From Chloroflexi bacterium bin125 (GTDB taxonomy: Bacteria; Chloroflexota; Dehalococcoidia; Bin125), in contig MPNM01000003.1 of the NCBI GenBank assembly GCA_002239025.1, forward strand, positions 142,047 to 206,046: a stretch of DNA of 64,000 bases. Reading direction: 5' to 3'. Each line of letters opens with the position of its first letter. Position 1 is the first letter of the stretch. The notes beneath the pieces are model-generated. The model made no database searches. It saw only the letters and a list, made by a program, of their open reading frames with translations, and was not told the DNA's origin. Shown in pieces: positions 63,001 to 64,000 of the stretch. The position numbers and the translations under genes were made by a program.

Positions 63001-64000
63001 ATGCAGGTCAGTCTCTTCTTCCTCCCATCAGTCGGCACGCGTGAGGACATCGAAGCCGGCATGGCCGGCAATCGTCCAGAGCTCTATCAGGACATGCTCG
63101 CCGACCTCTCCGCCTTCGCCAAAGCCGGTGACGCGCTGGGCTACGACTCAATCGGCTTCACCGAGCACCATTTCCACATCGAGGGCTTCGAGGTTTCGCC
63201 CAACCCGATCATGCTCGACCTCTACCTCGCCATGCAGACCGAGCGCATCCGCGTCGGTCAGCTCGGCCTTGTGCTGCCGGCGCAGAACCCAATCCGCGTG
63301 GCCGAGGACATCGCCATGCTCGACCACATGTCGGGCGGTCGCGCGCTGGCCGGATTCGCACGCGGCTACCAGCGACGCTGGGTCGACACGCTTGCCCAGC
63401 AGATCCACGGCGTCCACGCCGCTCGCCCTGGCGACCATGACGCGATCGACGCCGCCAACCGCGCAGCCTTCGAGGAGCATTTCAACATCATCCGCAAATG
63501 CTGGACCGAGGAGATGATCTCATATCAGGGCGACGCCTGGCAGATTCCACCCGACGGCACGCCCTGGGACATCGAAGCGACGCGCTTGTACGGCAAGGGC
63601 GTCGACGAAAACAACATCGTCCGCGAGATCGGCGTCGTGCCCAAGCCGCTGCAGAAGCCGCACCCACCGCTCTTCCAGCCCTTCGCCTCATCCGAGCGAA
63701 CCATCCGCTGGTGCGCCCGAGAAGGCATCACCGCCATCCTCCCGCCGATGTACCCCGAGCTGCAAAACCGCCTCTACGAGGTCTACCAGGAGGAAGCCGC
63801 CTCAGTCGGTCGAGACCTCAAACCGGGCGAAGGTCTGGGAGTCCTCCGGGACGTGATCATCACCGACACCGACGAAGAGGCCCTCGAACTCTGGCGCCAC
63901 TCCGCGGCCTTCGCCGGAGGAGCCTGGTTCGCTCCCTTCGGCTTCGCCGAAGCCCTCCGCCCACCCGGAGGAGAAATCATGACTCCCGAGCAACAACTGG
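63001..64000 (+). CDS. LLM-class flavin-dependent oxidoreductase (luciferase-like), 3' end outside the window
   Basis: This ORF is absent from the supplied track because no stop occurs before the window edge. My own frame-1 translation from the ATG at 63001 (GGAG 7 nt upstream) is MQVSLFFLPSVGTREDIEAGMAGNRPELYQDML...GYDSIGFTEHHFHIEGFEVSPNPIMLDLYLAMQTERIRVGQLGLVLP..., which is typical of an LLM TIM barrel. Confidence 0.7.
   Translation, partial: MQVSLFFLPSVGTREDIEAGMAGNRPELYQDMLADLSAFAKAGDALGYDSIGFTEHHFHIEGFEVSPNPIMLDLYLAMQTERIRVGQLGLVLPAQNPIRVAEDIAMLDHMSGGRALAGFARGYQRRWVDTLAQQIHGVHAARPGDHDAIDAANRAAFEEHFNIIRKCWTEEMISYQGDAWQIPPDGTPWDIEATRLYGKGVDENNIVREIGVVPKPLQKPHPPLFQPFASSERTIRWCAREGITAILPPMYPELQNRLYEVYQEEAASVGRDLKPGEGLGVLRDVIITDTDEEALELWRHSAAFAGGAWFAPFGFAEALRPPGGEIMTPEQQL

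Overview
This is a 64 kb, high-GC (roughly 65%) bacterial chromosomal segment. It carries about 58 protein-coding genes and no rRNA, tRNA, CRISPR array, integrase or phage genes that I can see. The gene content (several F420/LLM-type luciferase-like oxidoreductases, a PAC2 protein, a CIRCE-controlled monocistronic groEL, lipoproteins with a Cys lipobox) suggests an Actinobacteria- or Chloroflexi/Thermomicrobia-like monoderm, but I cannot place it closer from sequence alone.

Most genes are catabolic or housekeeping:
- Catabolic paralog families: three CaiB-type CoA-transferases, an enoyl-CoA hydratase, two HpcH/HpaI aldolases, two amidohydrolase-2 enzymes, two D-2-hydroxyacid dehydrogenases, a Zn-ADH, Gfo/Idh/MocA and SDR oxidoreductases, five LLM oxidoreductases, two tandem MBL-fold hydrolases, a nitroreductase and an MFS transporter.
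- Four ABC systems: a peptide/opine-type binding protein with two permeases and no ATPase; a tungstate/molybdate-like SBP-permease-ATPase operon sitting directly downstream of cysDN; ZnuA and a ZnuB-like permease on opposite strands; and an FbpABC-like ferric system.
- Housekeeping genes: groEL, pyk, cysD/cysN, orn, bcp, thiamine pyrophosphokinase, a stand-alone long-form ribosomal protein S14 paralog, a glutaredoxin-like protein and a DUF1800/DUF1501 pair.

The most striking thing in the window is not a gene cluster but the repeat load. At least four families of short GC-rich palindromic (REP/MITE-like) repeats occupy nearly every intergenic gap:
- Family 1, core 'TCTCCCCCCTCTGGGGGGAGATGCCGAAGGCAGAGGGGGG', about 20 copies. 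It is also assembled into four roughly 140-170 bp composite elements with terminal inverted repeats. Two copies lie in-frame inside otherwise intact ORFs, at the inter-domain linker of a didomain CoA-transferase and of an S9 peptidase, which recalls Rickettsia palindromic elements.
- Family 2, 'CTCCGTCATACCCGCGCTCCGACGCGGGTATCTCG'.
- Family 3, 'CCCTCTCCCTCTGGGAGAGGGTTAGGGTGAGGGC'.
- Family 4, 'CCAGTCCCCGCTTTACGCGGGGAC'.

Coordinates for repeats and small regulatory motifs are approximate (within a few bases); gene coordinates follow the supplied ORF track, with internal start codons chosen where indicated.
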